Program-made: the position numbers and the translations under genes | Origin: Eledone cirrhosa | Lineage: Eukaryota | DNA: 64,000 nt | Direction of reading: 5' to 3' | Assembly (NCBI GenBank): GCA_964016885.1 | Contig: OZ024744.1 | Coordinates: 43,338,001-43,402,000 of the forward strand | The notes under the pieces: model-generated | What the model was told of the DNA's origin: nothing | Database searches by the model: none | What the model saw: the letters and a program-made list of their open reading frames with translations, nothing else | Shown here: piece by piece, positions 13,315 to 29,176 of the stretch | How positions within the stretch are numbered: the stretch's first letter is position 1 | How the letters are laid out: each line of letters starts with the position of its first letter

Positions 13315-15578
13315 GATAGACATAGAATATTCGAAAATATTCTGTATGTTTAAATAAACATTTTGAAGACCTAATCGCTATAGAATAGAATACGTCACGT
13401 ATTACAATTAAATTCTCGATAAAAGCAAGGGAAGTAACCTACGCGTTTCATTCTCATTAGAAATCTTCAGGATTACATATCCAGTGCTTTTATCGAGAAT
13501 GACACAGCTAGAGACTTATAGAATACTTAGCTGTGTACAGGAACTGGTTTGAAAGAGCGGTTGCCGGTCCGGCAGAAATTAGAAATTGAATTAAATGCTC
13601 TGAAATAGCGATATATATGTGAAGATAGACATGATATGTGAAGATTTCTAATGAGAATGAAACGCGTAGGTTACTTCCCTTGCTTTTATCGAGAATCTAA
13701 TTGTAATGCGTGACGTATTCTATTCTATAGCGATTAGGTCTTCAAAATGTTTATTTAAACATACAGAATATTTTCGAATATTCTATGTCTATCTTCACAT
13801 ATATATCGCTATTTCAGAGCATTTAATCCAATATATATATATATATATTTATATATAGAGAGAATGGATAAATTACTGAATAACTTATTAGATGATGTTC
13901 AAACTATAACTTACCCTTTTTAGTTGATTTTGGCTCCATTGAAGCAATGCGAGGGGACTGTGTAATATGGTCACCTAGAATATATAAACAAAATCATAGT
14001 AAACCTACATGTATATATACAAATAACATTACAAATACAGGAAACAGTTATTAGATTCATTATCTCTGATATATACATATATACACCAGGTCCAAACATA
14101 TATGGACCAAACTCCCACTGCCACTGCCATTTATATATAGTGAAAGGATTCAGGACGCCAACTACTTAGATCCGTAAATATACATTTACTACTAAATTTT
14201 CTATAATCATGGCAACAGTCCTAATAAAGCAAATTCATTCTTACATACACACACACAGAGATTGCACACTCACAAACTCACACTCACACAAACACAAACA
14301 GAGCTCACACACACTCAAAAAAGCATCACCGGTGAAACACACCCAAACAGGTACACAATGAATTAATATACAACCCAATATACCTATATGTATACATCAA
14401 CATACACATAATACCAACATCACTTCACTTATATATGTACACACAATTTTATTCAATAGGTCCACCATACACATTACATAAACTTAGAATGTATACAAAT
14501 ATACAATATAACGTCAATTTGATATAATGTTGAAATATGTGTAATAGTTTTCTGTACTAACTGGTAGGAATGGGTTTGAAATACAACTTACTTTCTTTTG
14601 ATCCACCTCTTATGTGTGTGCCTGATTCAGAGACAAGGATCTCTACAGGAGTCACACCTGGAAAAAATATACAGAAGAAAAGAATAATAAAAGCTAGAAG
14701 GCTTTCTTGAGAAGAGTTTGTTGTCAAGTTGAAGAAAGGGTAGAATGAGTTGTCATTTGTTTAATCAACTAGATCAAATTATACGGTTTGATCTCTCAAG
14801 GACATGCTTACTTTTCCCACAAATCTAAAACTTCCAAAAAGAGTAAAGTGTGGTTAGTCATATTTGGGATGTCTTGAATTATGAGAGAAACATTCTACAG
14901 TTTCCTACTGGTCCTTAAAATCAGATTTATATAGTGGTTTACCAAATATTTAGGGTACTGGCAGATATAGCGGAGAAGAGGATGCAGCATATGAACAATG
15001 AAGGGTGACAAGAAATTGTGAAGAACTGTAGGATAAAATCTTGATAAAGAAGAGAATACTGATCTCTGAAATAATTCAATCTAACTCAATGAATCTAGTG
15101 TAACATTTATCTTCTCATTTGAATCACATGTAATGTCATTCTTTCTCAGTTATCTCTGATAATGCCCTAAAAAAGTCTAGCTATACTTTTGTCATCATTA
15201 AAAGGTCTTTGAGGAAGTCAATAAAATGTTTATTCTGGATTATTTTATGGAGGTTGTAATAGAGAGTTTGATATTGTTGACTGAATTAAGTAGTTATAAA
15301 TTTACTGTTGAAAACCTAAATAAGTTACTGAATAACTTATTACATGATGTTTAAATTATAACTTACGCTTTTGAGAAGTTTCAGGCTTCATTGCAGCACT
15401 GGGAGGGTACACGGTAATATGGTCACCTAGAATATATAAACAACATCATAGTAAACCTACATGTATATATATAAAAAACATTACAAATACATGGAATCAG
15501 TTATTAGATTGATTATCTCTGATATATAGATATATACACCAGGTGCAAAGACATATGGACCAAACTCCCACTGTCCCT

Positions 15579-15638
<60 letters not shown>

Positions 15639-17362
15639 GAGAGAATGGATAAATTACTGAATAACTTATTAGGTGATGTTCAAACTATAACTTACCCTTT
15701 TTAGTTGATTTTGCCTCCATTGAAGCAATGCGAGGGGACTGTGTAATATGGTCACCTAGAATATATAAACAAAATCATAGTAAACCTACATGTATATATA
15801 CAAATAACATTACAAATACAGGAAACAGTTATTAGATTTATTATCTCTGATATATACATATATACACCAGGTCCAAACATATATGGACCAAACTCCTACT
15901 GCCACTGCCATTTATATATATATATTTATATATAGTGAAAGGATTCAGGACGCCAACTACTTAGATCCGTAAATATACATTTACTACTAAATTTTCTATA
16001 ATCATGGCAACAGTCCTAACAAAGCAAATATATTCTTACCTACTTGCACACTCACAAACTCACACTCACACAAACACAAACAGGGCTCACACACACTCAA
16101 AAAAGCATCACCGGTGAAACACACCCAAACAGGTACACAATGAATTAATATACAACCCAATATACCTATATGTATACATCAACATACACATAATACCAAC
16201 ATCACTTCACTTATATATGTACACACAATTTTATTCAATAGGTCCACCATACACATTACATAAACTTAGAATGTATACAAATATACAATATAACGTAAAT
16301 TTGATATTAATGTTGAAACATGTGTAATAGTTTTCTGTACTAACTGGTAGGAATGGGTTTGAAATACAACTTACTTTCTTTTGATCCACCTGTTATGTAT
16401 GTGCCTGAGTCAGAGACAAGGATCTCTACAGGAGTCACACCTGGAAAAAAATATACAGAAGAAAAGAATAATAAAAGCTAGAAGGCTTTCTTGAGAAGAG
16501 TTTGTTGTCAAGTTGAAGAAAGGGTAGAATGAGTTGTCATTTGTTTAATCAACTAGATCAAATTATACGGTTTGTTCTCTCAAGGACATGCTTACTTTTC
16601 CCACAAATCTAAAACTTCCAAAAGGAGTAAAGTGTGGTTAGTCATATGTGGGCTGTCTTGAATTATGAGAGAAACATTCTACAGTTTCCTACTGGTCCTT
16701 AAAATCAGATTTATATAGTGGTTTACCAAATATTTAGGGTACTGGCAGATGTAGTGGAGAAGAGGATGCAGCGTATGAACAATGAAGGGTGACAAGAAAT
16801 TGGGAAGAAATGTAGGACAAAGTTTTGATAAAGAAGAGAATACTGATCTCTGAAATAATTCAAACTACCTCAATGAATCTTGTGCAACATTTATCTTCTC
16901 ATTTGAATCACATGTAATGTCATTCTTTCTCAGCTATCTCTGATAATGCCCTAAAAAAGTCTAGCTATACTTTTGTCATCATTACAAGGTCTTTGAGGAA
17001 GTCAATAAAATGTTTATTCTGGATTATTTTATGGAGGTTGTAATACAGAGTTTGATATTGTTGACTGAATTAAGTAGTTATGAATTTACTGTTGAAAACC
17101 TAAATAAGTTACTGAATAACTTATTACATGATGTTTAAATTATAACTTACTCTTTTGAGTAGTTTCAGGCTTCATTGCAGCACTGGGAGGGTACACGGTA
17201 ATATGGTCACCTAGAATATATAAACAACATCATAGTAAACCTACATGTATATATACAAATAACATTACAAATACATGGAATCAGTTATTAGATTGATTAT
17301 CTCTGATAAATACATATATACAACAGGTGCAAACACATAGGGACCAAAGTCCCACTGTCCCT

Positions 17363-17402
<40 letters not shown>

Positions 17403-19669
17403 GATAGACATAGAATATTCGAAAATATTCTGTATGTTTAAATAAACATTTTGAAGACCTAATCGCTATAGAATAGAATACGTCACGTATTACAATTAAA
17501 TTCTCGATAAAAGCAAGGGAAGTAACCTACGCGTTTCATTCTCATTAGAAATCTTCAGGATTACATATCCAGTGCTTTTATCGAGAATGACACAGCTAGA
17601 GACTTATAGAATACTTAGCTGTGTACAGGAACTGGTTTGAAAGAGCGGTTGCCGGTCCGGCAGAAATTAGAAATTGAATTAAATGCTCTGAAATAGCGAT
17701 ATATATGTGAAGATAGACATGATATGTGAAGATTTCTAATGAGAATGAAACGCGTAGGTTACTTCCCTTGCTTTTATCGAGAATCTAATTGTAATGCGTG
17801 ACGTATTCTATTCTATAGCGATTAGGTCTTCAAAATGTTTATTTAAACATACAGAATATTTTCGAATATTCTATGTCTATCTTCACATATATATCGCTAT
17901 TTCAGAGCATTTAATCCAATATATATATATATATATTTATATATAGAGAGAATGGATAAATTACTGAATAACTTATTAGATGATGTTCAAACTATAACTT
18001 ACCCTTTTTAGTTGATTTTGGCTCCATTGAAGCAATGCGAGGGGACTGTGTAATATGGTCACCTAGAATATATAAACAAAATCATAGTAAACCTACATGT
18101 ATATATACAAATAACATTACAAATACAGGAAACAGTTATTAGATTCATTATCTCTGATATATACATATATACACCAGGTCCAAACATATATGGACCAAAC
18201 TCCCACTGCCACTGCCATTTATATATAGTGAAAGGATTCAGGACGCCAACTACTTAGATCCGTAAATATACATTTACTACTAAATTTTCTATAATCATGG
18301 CAACAGTCCTAATAAAGCAAATTCATTCTTACATACACACACACAGAGATTGCACACTCACAAACTCACACTCACACAAACACAAACAGAGCTCACACAC
18401 ACTCAAAAAAGCATCACCGGTGAAACACACCCAAACAGGTACACAATGAATTAATATACAACCCAATATACCTATATGTATACATCAACATACACATAAT
18501 ACCAACATCACTTCACTTATATATGTACACACAATTTTATTCAATAGGTCCACCATACACATTACATAAACTTAGAATGTATACAAATATACAATATAAC
18601 GTCAATTTGATATAATGTTGAAATATGTGTAATAGTTTTCTGTACTAACTGGTAGGAATGGGTTTGAAATACAACTTACTTTCTTTTGATCCACCTCTTA
18701 TGTGTGTGCCTGATTCAGAGACAAGGATCTCTACAGGAGTCACACCTGGAAAAAATATACAGAAGAAAAGAATAATAAAAGCTAGAAGGCTTTCTTGAGA
18801 AGAGTTTGTTGTCAAGTTGAAGAAAGGGTAGAATGAGTTGTCATTTGTTTAATCAACTAGATCAAATTATACGGTTTGATCTCTCAAGGACATGCTTACT
18901 TTTCCCACAAATCTAAAACTTCCAAAAAGAGTAAAGTGTGGTTAGTCATATTTGGGATGTCTTGAATTATGAGAGAAACATTCTACAGTTTCCTACTGGT
19001 CCTTAAAATCAGATTTATATAGTGGTTTACCAAATATTTAGGGTACTGGCAGATGTAGTGGAGAAGAGGATGCAGCATATGAACAATGAAGGGTGACAAG
19101 AAATTGTGAAGAACTGTAGGATAAAATCTTGATAAAGAAGAGAATACTGATCTCTGAAATAATTCAATCTAACTCAATGAATCTAGTGTAACATTTATCT
19201 TCTCATTTGAATCACATGTAATGTCATTCTTTCTCAGTTATCTCTGATAATGCCCTAAAAAAGTCTAGCTAAACTTTTGTCATTATTAAAAGGTCTTTGA
19301 GGAAGTCAATAAAATGTTTATTCTGGATTATTTTATGGAGGTTGTAATAGAGAGTTTGATATTGTTGACTGAATTAAGTAGTTATAAATTTACTGTTGAA
19401 AACCTAAATAAGTTACTGAATAACTTATTACATGATGTTTAAATTATAACTTACGCTTTTGAGAAGTTTCAGGCTTCATTGCAGCACTGGGAGGGTACAC
19501 GGTAATATGGTCACCTAGAATATATAAACAACATCATAGTAAACCTACATGTATATATATAAAAAACATTACAAATACATGGAATCAGTTATTAGATTGA
19601 TTATCTCTGATATATAGATATATACACCAGGTGCAAAGACATATGGACCAAACTCCCACTGTCCCTCGC

Positions 19670-19705
<36 letters not shown>

Positions 19706-21449
19706 ATATATATATTTTTATATATAGAGAGAATGGATAAATTACTGAATAACTTATTAGATGATGTTCAAACTATAACTTACCCTTTTTAGTTGATTTT
19801 GCCTCCATTGAAGCAATGCGAGGGGACTGTGTAATATGGTCACCTAGAATATATAAACAAAATCATAGTAAACCTACATGTATATATACAAATAACATTA
19901 CAAATACAGGAAACAGTTATTAGATTTATTATCTCTGATATATACATATATACACCAGGTCCAAACATATATGGACCAAACTCCTACTGCCACTGCCATT
20001 TATATATATATATTTATATATAGTGAAAGGATTCAGGACGCCAACTACTTAGATCCGTAAATATACATTTACTACTAAATTTTCTATAATCATGGCAACA
20101 GTCCTAACAAAGCAAATATATTCTTACCTACTTGCACACTCACAAACTCACACTCACACAAACACAAACAGGGCTCACACACACTCAAAAAAGCATCACC
20201 GGTGAAACACACCCAAACAGGTACACAATGAATTAATATACAACCCAATATACCTATATGTATACATCAACATACACATAATACCAACATCACTTCACTT
20301 ATATATGTACACACAATTTTATTCAATAGGTCCACCATACACATTACATAAACTTCCATGTATACAAATATACAATATAACGTCAATTTGATATTAATGT
20401 TGAAACATGTGTAATAGTTTTCTGTACTAACTGGTAGGAATGGGTTTGAAATACAACTTACTTTCTTTTGATCCACCTGTTATGTATGTGCCTGAGTCAG
20501 AGACAAGGATCTCTACAGGAGTCACACCTGGAAAAAAATATACAGAAGAAAAGAATAATAAAAGCTAGAAGGCTTTCTTGAGAAGAGTTTGTTGTCAAGT
20601 TGAAGAAAGGGTAGAATGAGTTGTCATTTGTTTAATCAACTAGATCAAATTATACGGTTTGTTCTCTCAAGGACATGCTTACTTTTCCCACAAATCTAAA
20701 ACTTCCAAAAGGAGTAAAGTGTGGTTAGTCATATGTGGGCTGTCTTGAATTATGAGAGAAACATTCTACAGTTTCCTACTGGTCCTTAAAATCAGATTTA
20801 TATAGTGGTTTACCAAATATTTAGGGTACTGGCAGATGTAGTGGAGAAGAGGATGCAGCGTATGAACAATGAAGGGTGACAAGAAATTGGGAAGAAATGT
20901 AGGACAAAGTTTTGATAAAGAAGAGAATACTGATCTCTGAAATAATTCAAACTACCTCAATGAATCTTGTGCAACATTTATCTTCTCATTTGAATCACAT
21001 GTAATGTCATTCTTTCTCAGCTATCTCTGATAATGCCCTAAAAAAGTCTAGCTATACTTTTGTCATCATTACAAGGTCTTTGAGGAAGTCAATAAAATGT
21101 TTATTCTGGATTATTTTATGGAGGTTGTAATACAGAGTTTGATATTGTTGACTGAATTAAGTAGTTATGAATTTACTGTTGAAAACCTAAATAAGTTACT
21201 GAATAACTTATTACATGATGTTTAAATTATAACTTACTCTTTTGAGTAGTTTCAGGCTTCATTGCAGCACTGGGAGGGTACACGGTAATATGGTCACCTA
21301 GAATATATAAACAACATCATAGTAAACCTACATGTATATATACAAATAACATTACAAATACATGGAATCAGTTATTAGATTGATTATCTCTGATAAATAC
21401 ATATATACAACAGGTGCAAACACATAGGGACCAAAGTCCCACTGTCCCT

Positions 21450-21492
<43 letters not shown>

Positions 21493-23760
21493 AGATAGAC
21501 ATAGAATATTCGAAAATATTCTGTATGTTTAAATAAACATTTTGAAGACCTAATCGCTATAGAATAGAATACGTCACGTATTACAATTAAATTCTCGATA
21601 AAAGCAAGGGAAGTAACCTACGCGTTTCATTCTCATTAGAAATCTTCAGGATTACATATCCAGTGCTTTTATCGAGAATGACACAGCTAGAGACTTATAG
21701 AATACTTAGCTGTGTACAGGAACTGGTTTGAAAGAGCGGTTGCCGGTCCGGCAGAAATTAGAAATTGAATTAAATGCTCTGAAATAGCGATATATATGTG
21801 AAGATAGACATGATATGTGAAGATTTCTAATGAGAATGAAACGCGTAGGTTACTTCCCTTGCTTTTATCGAGAATCTAATTGTAATGCGTGACGTATTCT
21901 ATTCTATAGCGATTAGGTCTTCAAAATGTTTATTTAAACATACAGAATATTTTCGAATATTCTATGTCTATCTTCACATATATATCGCTATTTCAGAGCA
22001 TTTAATCCAATATATATATATATATATTTATATATAGAGAGAATGGATAAATTACTGAATAACTTATTAGATGATGTTCAAACTATAACTTACCCTTTTT
22101 AGTTGATTTTGGCTCCATTGAAGCAATGCGAGGGGACTGTGTAATATGGTCACCTAGAATATATAAACAAAATCATAGTAAACCTACATGTATATATACA
22201 AATAACATTACAAATACAGGAAACAGTTATTAGATTCATTATCTCTGATATATACATATATACACCAGGTCCAAACATATATGGACCAAACTCCCACTGC
22301 CACTGCCATTTATATATAGTGAAAGGATTCAGGACGCCAACTACTTAGATCCGTAAATATACATTTACTACTAAATTTTCTATAATCATGGCAACAGTCC
22401 TAATAAAGCAAATTCATTCTTACATACACACACACAGAGATTGCACACTCACAAACTCACACTCACACAAACACAAACAGAGCTCACACACACTCAAAAA
22501 AGCATCACCGGTGAAACACACCCAAACAGGTACACAATGAATTAATATACAACCCAATATACCTATATGTATACATCAACATACACATAATACCAACATC
22601 ACTTCACTTATATATGTACACACAATTTTATTCAATAGGTCCACCATACACATTACATAAACTTAGAATGTATACAAATATACAATATAACGTCAATTTG
22701 ATATAATGTTGAAATATGTGTAATAGTTTTCTGTACTAACTGGTAGGAATGGGTTTGAAATACAACTTACTTTCTTTTGATCCACCTCTTATGTGTGTGC
22801 CTGATTCAGAGACAAGGATCTCTACAGGAGTCACACCTGGAAAAAATATACAGAAGAAAAGAATAATAAAAGCTAGAAGGCTTTCTTGAGAAGAGTTTGT
22901 TGTCAAGTTGAAGAAAGGGTAGAATGAGTTGTCATTTGTTTAATCAACTAGATCAAATTATACGGTTTGATCTCTCAAGGACATGCTTACTTTTCCCACA
23001 AATCTAAAACTTCCAAAAAGAGTAAAGTGTGGTTAGTCATATTTGGGATGTCTTGAATTATGAGAGAAACATTCTACAGTTTCCTACTGGTCCTTAAAAT
23101 CAGATTTATATAGTGGTTTACCAAATATTTAGGGTACTGGCAGATGTAGTGGAGAAGAGGATGCAGCATATGAACAATGAAGGGTGACAAGAAATTGTGA
23201 AGAACTGTAGGATAAAATCTTGATAAAGAAGAGAATACTGATCTCTGAAATAATTCAATCTAACTCAATGAATCTAGTGTAACATTTATCTTCTCATTTG
23301 AATCACATGTAATGTCATTCTTTCTCAGTTATCTCTGACAATGCCCTAAAAAAGTCTAGCTAAACTTTTGTCATTATTAAAAGGTCTTTGAGGAAGTCAA
23401 TAAAATGTTTATTCTGGATTATTTTATGGAGGTTGTAATAGAGAGTTTGATATTGTTGACTGAATTAAGTAGTTATAAATTTACTGTTGAAAACCTAAAT
23501 AAGTTACTGAATAACTTATTACATGATGTTTAAATTATAACTTACGCTTTTGAGAAGTTTCAGGCTTCATTGCAGCACTGGGAGGGTACACGGTAATATG
23601 GTCACCTAGAATATATAAACAACATCATAGTAAACCTACATGTATATATATAAAAAACATTACAAATACATGGAATCAGTTATTAGATTGATTATCTCTG
23701 ATATATAGATATATACACCAGGTGCAAAGACATATGGACCAAACTCCCACTGTCCCTCGC

Positions 23761-23811
<51 letters not shown>

Positions 23812-25544
23812 TTTATATATAGAGAGAATAGATAAATTACTGAATAACTTATTAGATGATGTTCAAACTATAACTTACCCTTTTTAGTTGATTTTGCCTC
23901 CATTGAAGCAATGCGAGGGGACTGTAATATGGTCACCTAGAATATATAAACAAAATCATAGTAAACCTACATGTATATATACAAATAACATTACAAATAC
24001 AGGAAACAGTTATTAGATTCATTATCTCTGATATATACATATATACACCAGGTCCAAACATATATGGACCAAACTCCCACTGCCACTGCCATTTATATAT
24101 ATATATTTATATATAGTGAAAGGATTCAGGACGCCAACTACTTAGATCCGTAAATATACATTAACTACTAAATTTTCTATAATCATGGCAACAGTCCTAA
24201 TAAAGCAAATATATTCTTACCTACTTGCACACTCACAAACTCACACTCACACAAACACAAACAGGGCTCACACACACTCAAAAAAGCATCACCGGTGAAA
24301 CACACCCAAACAGGTACACAATGAATTAATATACAACCCAATATACCTATATGTATACATCAACATACACATAATACCAACATCACTTCACTTATATATG
24401 TACACACAATTTTATTCAATAGGTCCACCATACACATTACATAAACTTAGAATGTATACAAATATACAATATAACGTCAATTTGATATTAATGTTGAAAC
24501 TTGTGTAATAGTTTTCTGTACTAACTGGTAGGAATGGGTTTGAAATACAACTTACTTTCTTTTGATCCACCTCTTATGTATGTGCCTGAGTCAGAGACAA
24601 GGATCTCTACAGGAGTCACACCTGGAAAAAAATATACAGAAGAAAAGAATAATAAAAGCTAGAAGGCTTTCTTGAGAAGAGTTTGTTGTCAAGTTGAAGA
24701 AAGGGTAGAATGAGTTGTCATTTGTTTAATCAACTAGATCAAATTATACGGTTTGTTCTCTCAAGGACATGCTTACTTTTCCCACAAATCTAAAACTTCC
24801 AAAAGGAGTAAAGTGTGGTTAGTCATATGTGGGATGTCTTGAATTATGAGAGAAACATTCTACAGTTTCCTACTGGTCCTTAAAATCAGATTTATATAGT
24901 GGTTTACCAAATATTTAGGGTACTGGCAGATGTAGTGGAGAAGAGGATGCAGCGTATGAACAATGAAGGGTGACAAGAAATTTGGGAAGAAATGTAGGAC
25001 AAAGTTTTGATAAAGAAGAGAATACTGATCTCTGAAATAATTGAAACTACCTCAATGAATCTTGTGCAACATTTATCTTCTCATTTGAATCACATGTAAT
25101 GTCATTCTTTCTCAGCTATCTCTGATAATGCCCTAAAAAAGTCTAGCTATACTTTTGTCATCATTACAAGGTCTTTGAGGAAGTCAATAAAATGTTTATT
25201 CTGGATTATTTTATGGAGGTTGTAATAGAGAGTTTGATATTGTTGACTGAATTAAGTAGTTATAAATTTACTGTTGAAAACCTAAATAAGTTACTGAATA
25301 ACTTATTACATGATGTTTAAATTATAACTTACTCTTTTGAGAAGTTTCAGGCTTCATTGCAGCACTGGGAGGGTACACGGTAATATGGTCACCTAGAATA
25401 TATAAACAACATCATAGTAAACCTACATGTATATATATAAAAAACATTACAAATACATGGAATCAGTTATTAGATTGATTATCTCTGATATATAGATATA
25501 TACACCAGGTGCAAAGACATATGGACCAAACTCCCACTGTCCCT

Positions 25545-25602
<58 letters not shown>

Positions 25603-27340
25603 GAGAGAATGGATAAATTACTGAATAACTTATTAGATGATGTTCAAACTATAACTTACCCTTTTTAGTTGATTTTGCCTCCATTGAAGCAATGCGAGGG
25701 GACTGTGTAATATGGTCACCTAGAACATATAAACAAAATCATAGTAAACCTACATGCATATATACAAATAACATTACAAATACAGGAAACAGTTATTAGA
25801 TTTATTATCTCTGATATATACATATATACACCAGGTCCAAACATATATGGACCAAACTCCCACTGCCACTGCCATTTATATATATATATTTATATATACT
25901 GAAAGGATTCAGGACGCCAACTACTTAGATCCGTAAATATATATTTACTACTAAATTTTCTATAATCATGGCAACAGTCCTAATAAAGCAAATTTATTCT
26001 TACATACACACACACAGAGATTGCACACTCACAAACTCACACTCACACAAACACAAACAGAGCTCACACACACTCAAAAAAGCATCACTGGTGAAACACA
26101 CCCAAACAGGTACACAATGAATTAATATACAACCCAATATACCTATATGTATACATCAACATACACATAATACCAACATCACTTCACTTATATATGTACA
26201 TACAATTTTATTCAATGGGTCCACCTAACACATTACATAAACTTAGGATGTATACAGATTTACAATATAACGTCAATTTGATATTAATGTTGAAACACGT
26301 GTAATAGTTTTCTGTACTAACTGGTAGGAATCGGTTTGAAATACAACTTACTTTCTTTTGATCCACCTCTTATGTGTGTGCCTGAGTCAGAGACAAGGAT
26401 CTCTACAGGAGTCACACCTGGAAAAATATACAGAAGAAAAGAATAATAAAAGCTAGAAGGCTTTCTTGAGAAGAGTTTGTTGTCAAGTTGAAGAAAGAGT
26501 AGAATGAGTTGTCATTTGTTTAATCAACTAGATCAAATTATACGGTTTGATCTCTCAAGGACATGCTTACTTTTCCCACAAATCTAAAACTTCCAAAAAG
26601 AGTAAAGTGTGGTTAGTCATATTTGGGATGTCTTGAATTATGAGAGAAACATTCTACAGTTTCCTACTGGTCCTTAAAATCAGATTTATATAGTGGTTTA
26701 CCAAATATTTAGGGTACTGGCAGATGCAGTGGAGAAGAGGATGCAGCATATGAACAATGAAGGGTGACAAGAAATTGTGAAGAACTGTAGGATAAAATCT
26801 TGATAAAGAAGAGAATACTGATCTCTGAAATAATTCAATCTAACTCAATGAATCTAGTGTAACATTTATCTTCTCATTTGAATCACATGTAATGTCATTC
26901 TTTCTCAGTTATCTCTGATAATGCCCTAAAAAAGTCTAGCTAAACTTTTGTCATTATTAAAAGGTCTTTGAGGAAGTCAATAAAATGTTTATTCTGGATT
27001 ATTTTATGGAGGTTGTAATAGAGAGTTTGATATTGTTGACTGAATTAAGTAGTTATAAATTTACTGTTGAAAACCTAAATAAGTTACTGAATAACTTATT
27101 ACATGATGTTTAAATTATAACTTACGCTTTTGAGAAGTTTCAGGCTTCATTGCAGCACTGGGAGGGTACACGGTAATATGGTCACCTAGAATATATAAAC
27201 AACATCATAGTAAACCTACATGTATATATATAAAAAACATTACAAATACATGGAATCAGTTATTAGATTGATTATCTCTGATATATAGATATATACACCA
27301 GGTGCAAAGACATATGGACCAAACTCCCACTGTCCCTCGC

Positions 27341-27376
<36 letters not shown>

Positions 27377-29118
27377 ATATATATATATTTTTATATATAG
27401 AGAGAATGGATAAATTACTGAATAACTTATTAGATGATGTTCAAACTATAACTTACCCTTTTTAGTTGATTTTGCCTCCATTGAAGCAATGCGAGGGGAC
27501 TGTAATATGGTCACCTAGAATATATAAACAAAATCATAGTAAACCTACATGTATATATACAAATAACATTACAAATACAGGAAACAGTTATTAGATTCAT
27601 TATCTCTGATATATACATATATACACCAGGTCCAAACATATATGGACCAAACTCCCACTGCCACTGCCATTTATATATATATATTTATATATAGTGAAAG
27701 GATTCAGGACGCCAACTACTTAGATCCGTAAATATACATTAACTACTAGATTTTCTATAATCATGGCAACAGTCCTAATAAAGCAAATATATTCTTACCT
27801 ACTTGCACACTCACAAACTCACACTCACACAAACACAAACAGGGCTCACACACACTCAAAAAAGCATCACCGGTGAAACACACCCAAACAGGTACACAAT
27901 GAATTAATATACAACCCAATATACCTATATACATCAACATACACATAATACCAACATCACTTCACTTATATATGTACACACAATTTTATTCAATAGGTCC
28001 ACCATACACATTACATAAACTTAGAATGTATACAAATATACAATATAACGTCAATTTGATATTAATGTTGAAACTTGTGTAATAGTTTTCTGTACTAACT
28101 GGTAGGAATGGGTTTGAAATACAACTTACTTTCTTTTGATCCACCTCTTATGTATGTGCCTGAGTCAGAGACAAGGATCTCTACAGGAGTCACACCTGGA
28201 AAAAAATATACAGAAGAAAAGAATAATAAAAGCTAGAAGGCTTTCTTGAGAAGAGTTTGTTGTCAAGTTGAAGAAAGGGTAGAATGAGTTGTCATTTGTT
28301 TAATCAACTAGATCAAATTATACGGTTTGTTCTCTCAAGGACATGCTTACTTTTCCCACAAATCTAAAACTTCCAAAAGGAGTAAAGTGTGGTTAGTCAT
28401 ATGTGGGATGTCTTGAATTATGAGAGAAACATTCTACAGTTTCCTACTGGTCCTTAAAATCAGATTTATATAGTGGTTTACCAAATATTTAGGGTACTGG
28501 CAGATGTAGTGGAGAAGAGGATGCAGCGTATGAACAATGAAGGGTGACAAGAAATTTGGGAAGAAATGTAGGACAAAGTTTTGATAAAGAAGAGAATACT
28601 GATCTCTGAAATAATTGAAACTACCTCAATGAATCTTGTGCAACATTTATCTTCTCATTGGAATCACATGTAATGTCATTCTTTCTCAGCTATCTCTGAT
28701 AATGCCCTAAAAAAGTCTAGCTATACTTTTGTCATCATTACAAGGTCTTTGAGGAAGTCAATAAAATGTTTATTCTGGATTATTTTATGGAGGTTGTAAT
28801 AGAGAGTTTGATATTGTTGACTGAATTAAGTAGTTATAAATTTACTGTTGAAAACCTAAATAAGTTACTGAATAACTTATTACATGATGTTTAAATTATA
28901 ACTTACGCTTTTGAGAAGTTTCAGGCTTCATTGCAGCACTGGGAGGGTACACGGTAATATGGTCACCTAGAATATATAAACAACATCATAGTAAACCTAC
29001 ATGTATATATATAAAAAACATTACAAATACATGGAATCAGTTATTAGATTGATTATCTCTGATATATAGATATATACACCAGGTGCAAAGACATATGGAC
29101 CAAACTCCCACTGTCCCT

Positions 29119-29176
<58 letters not shown>

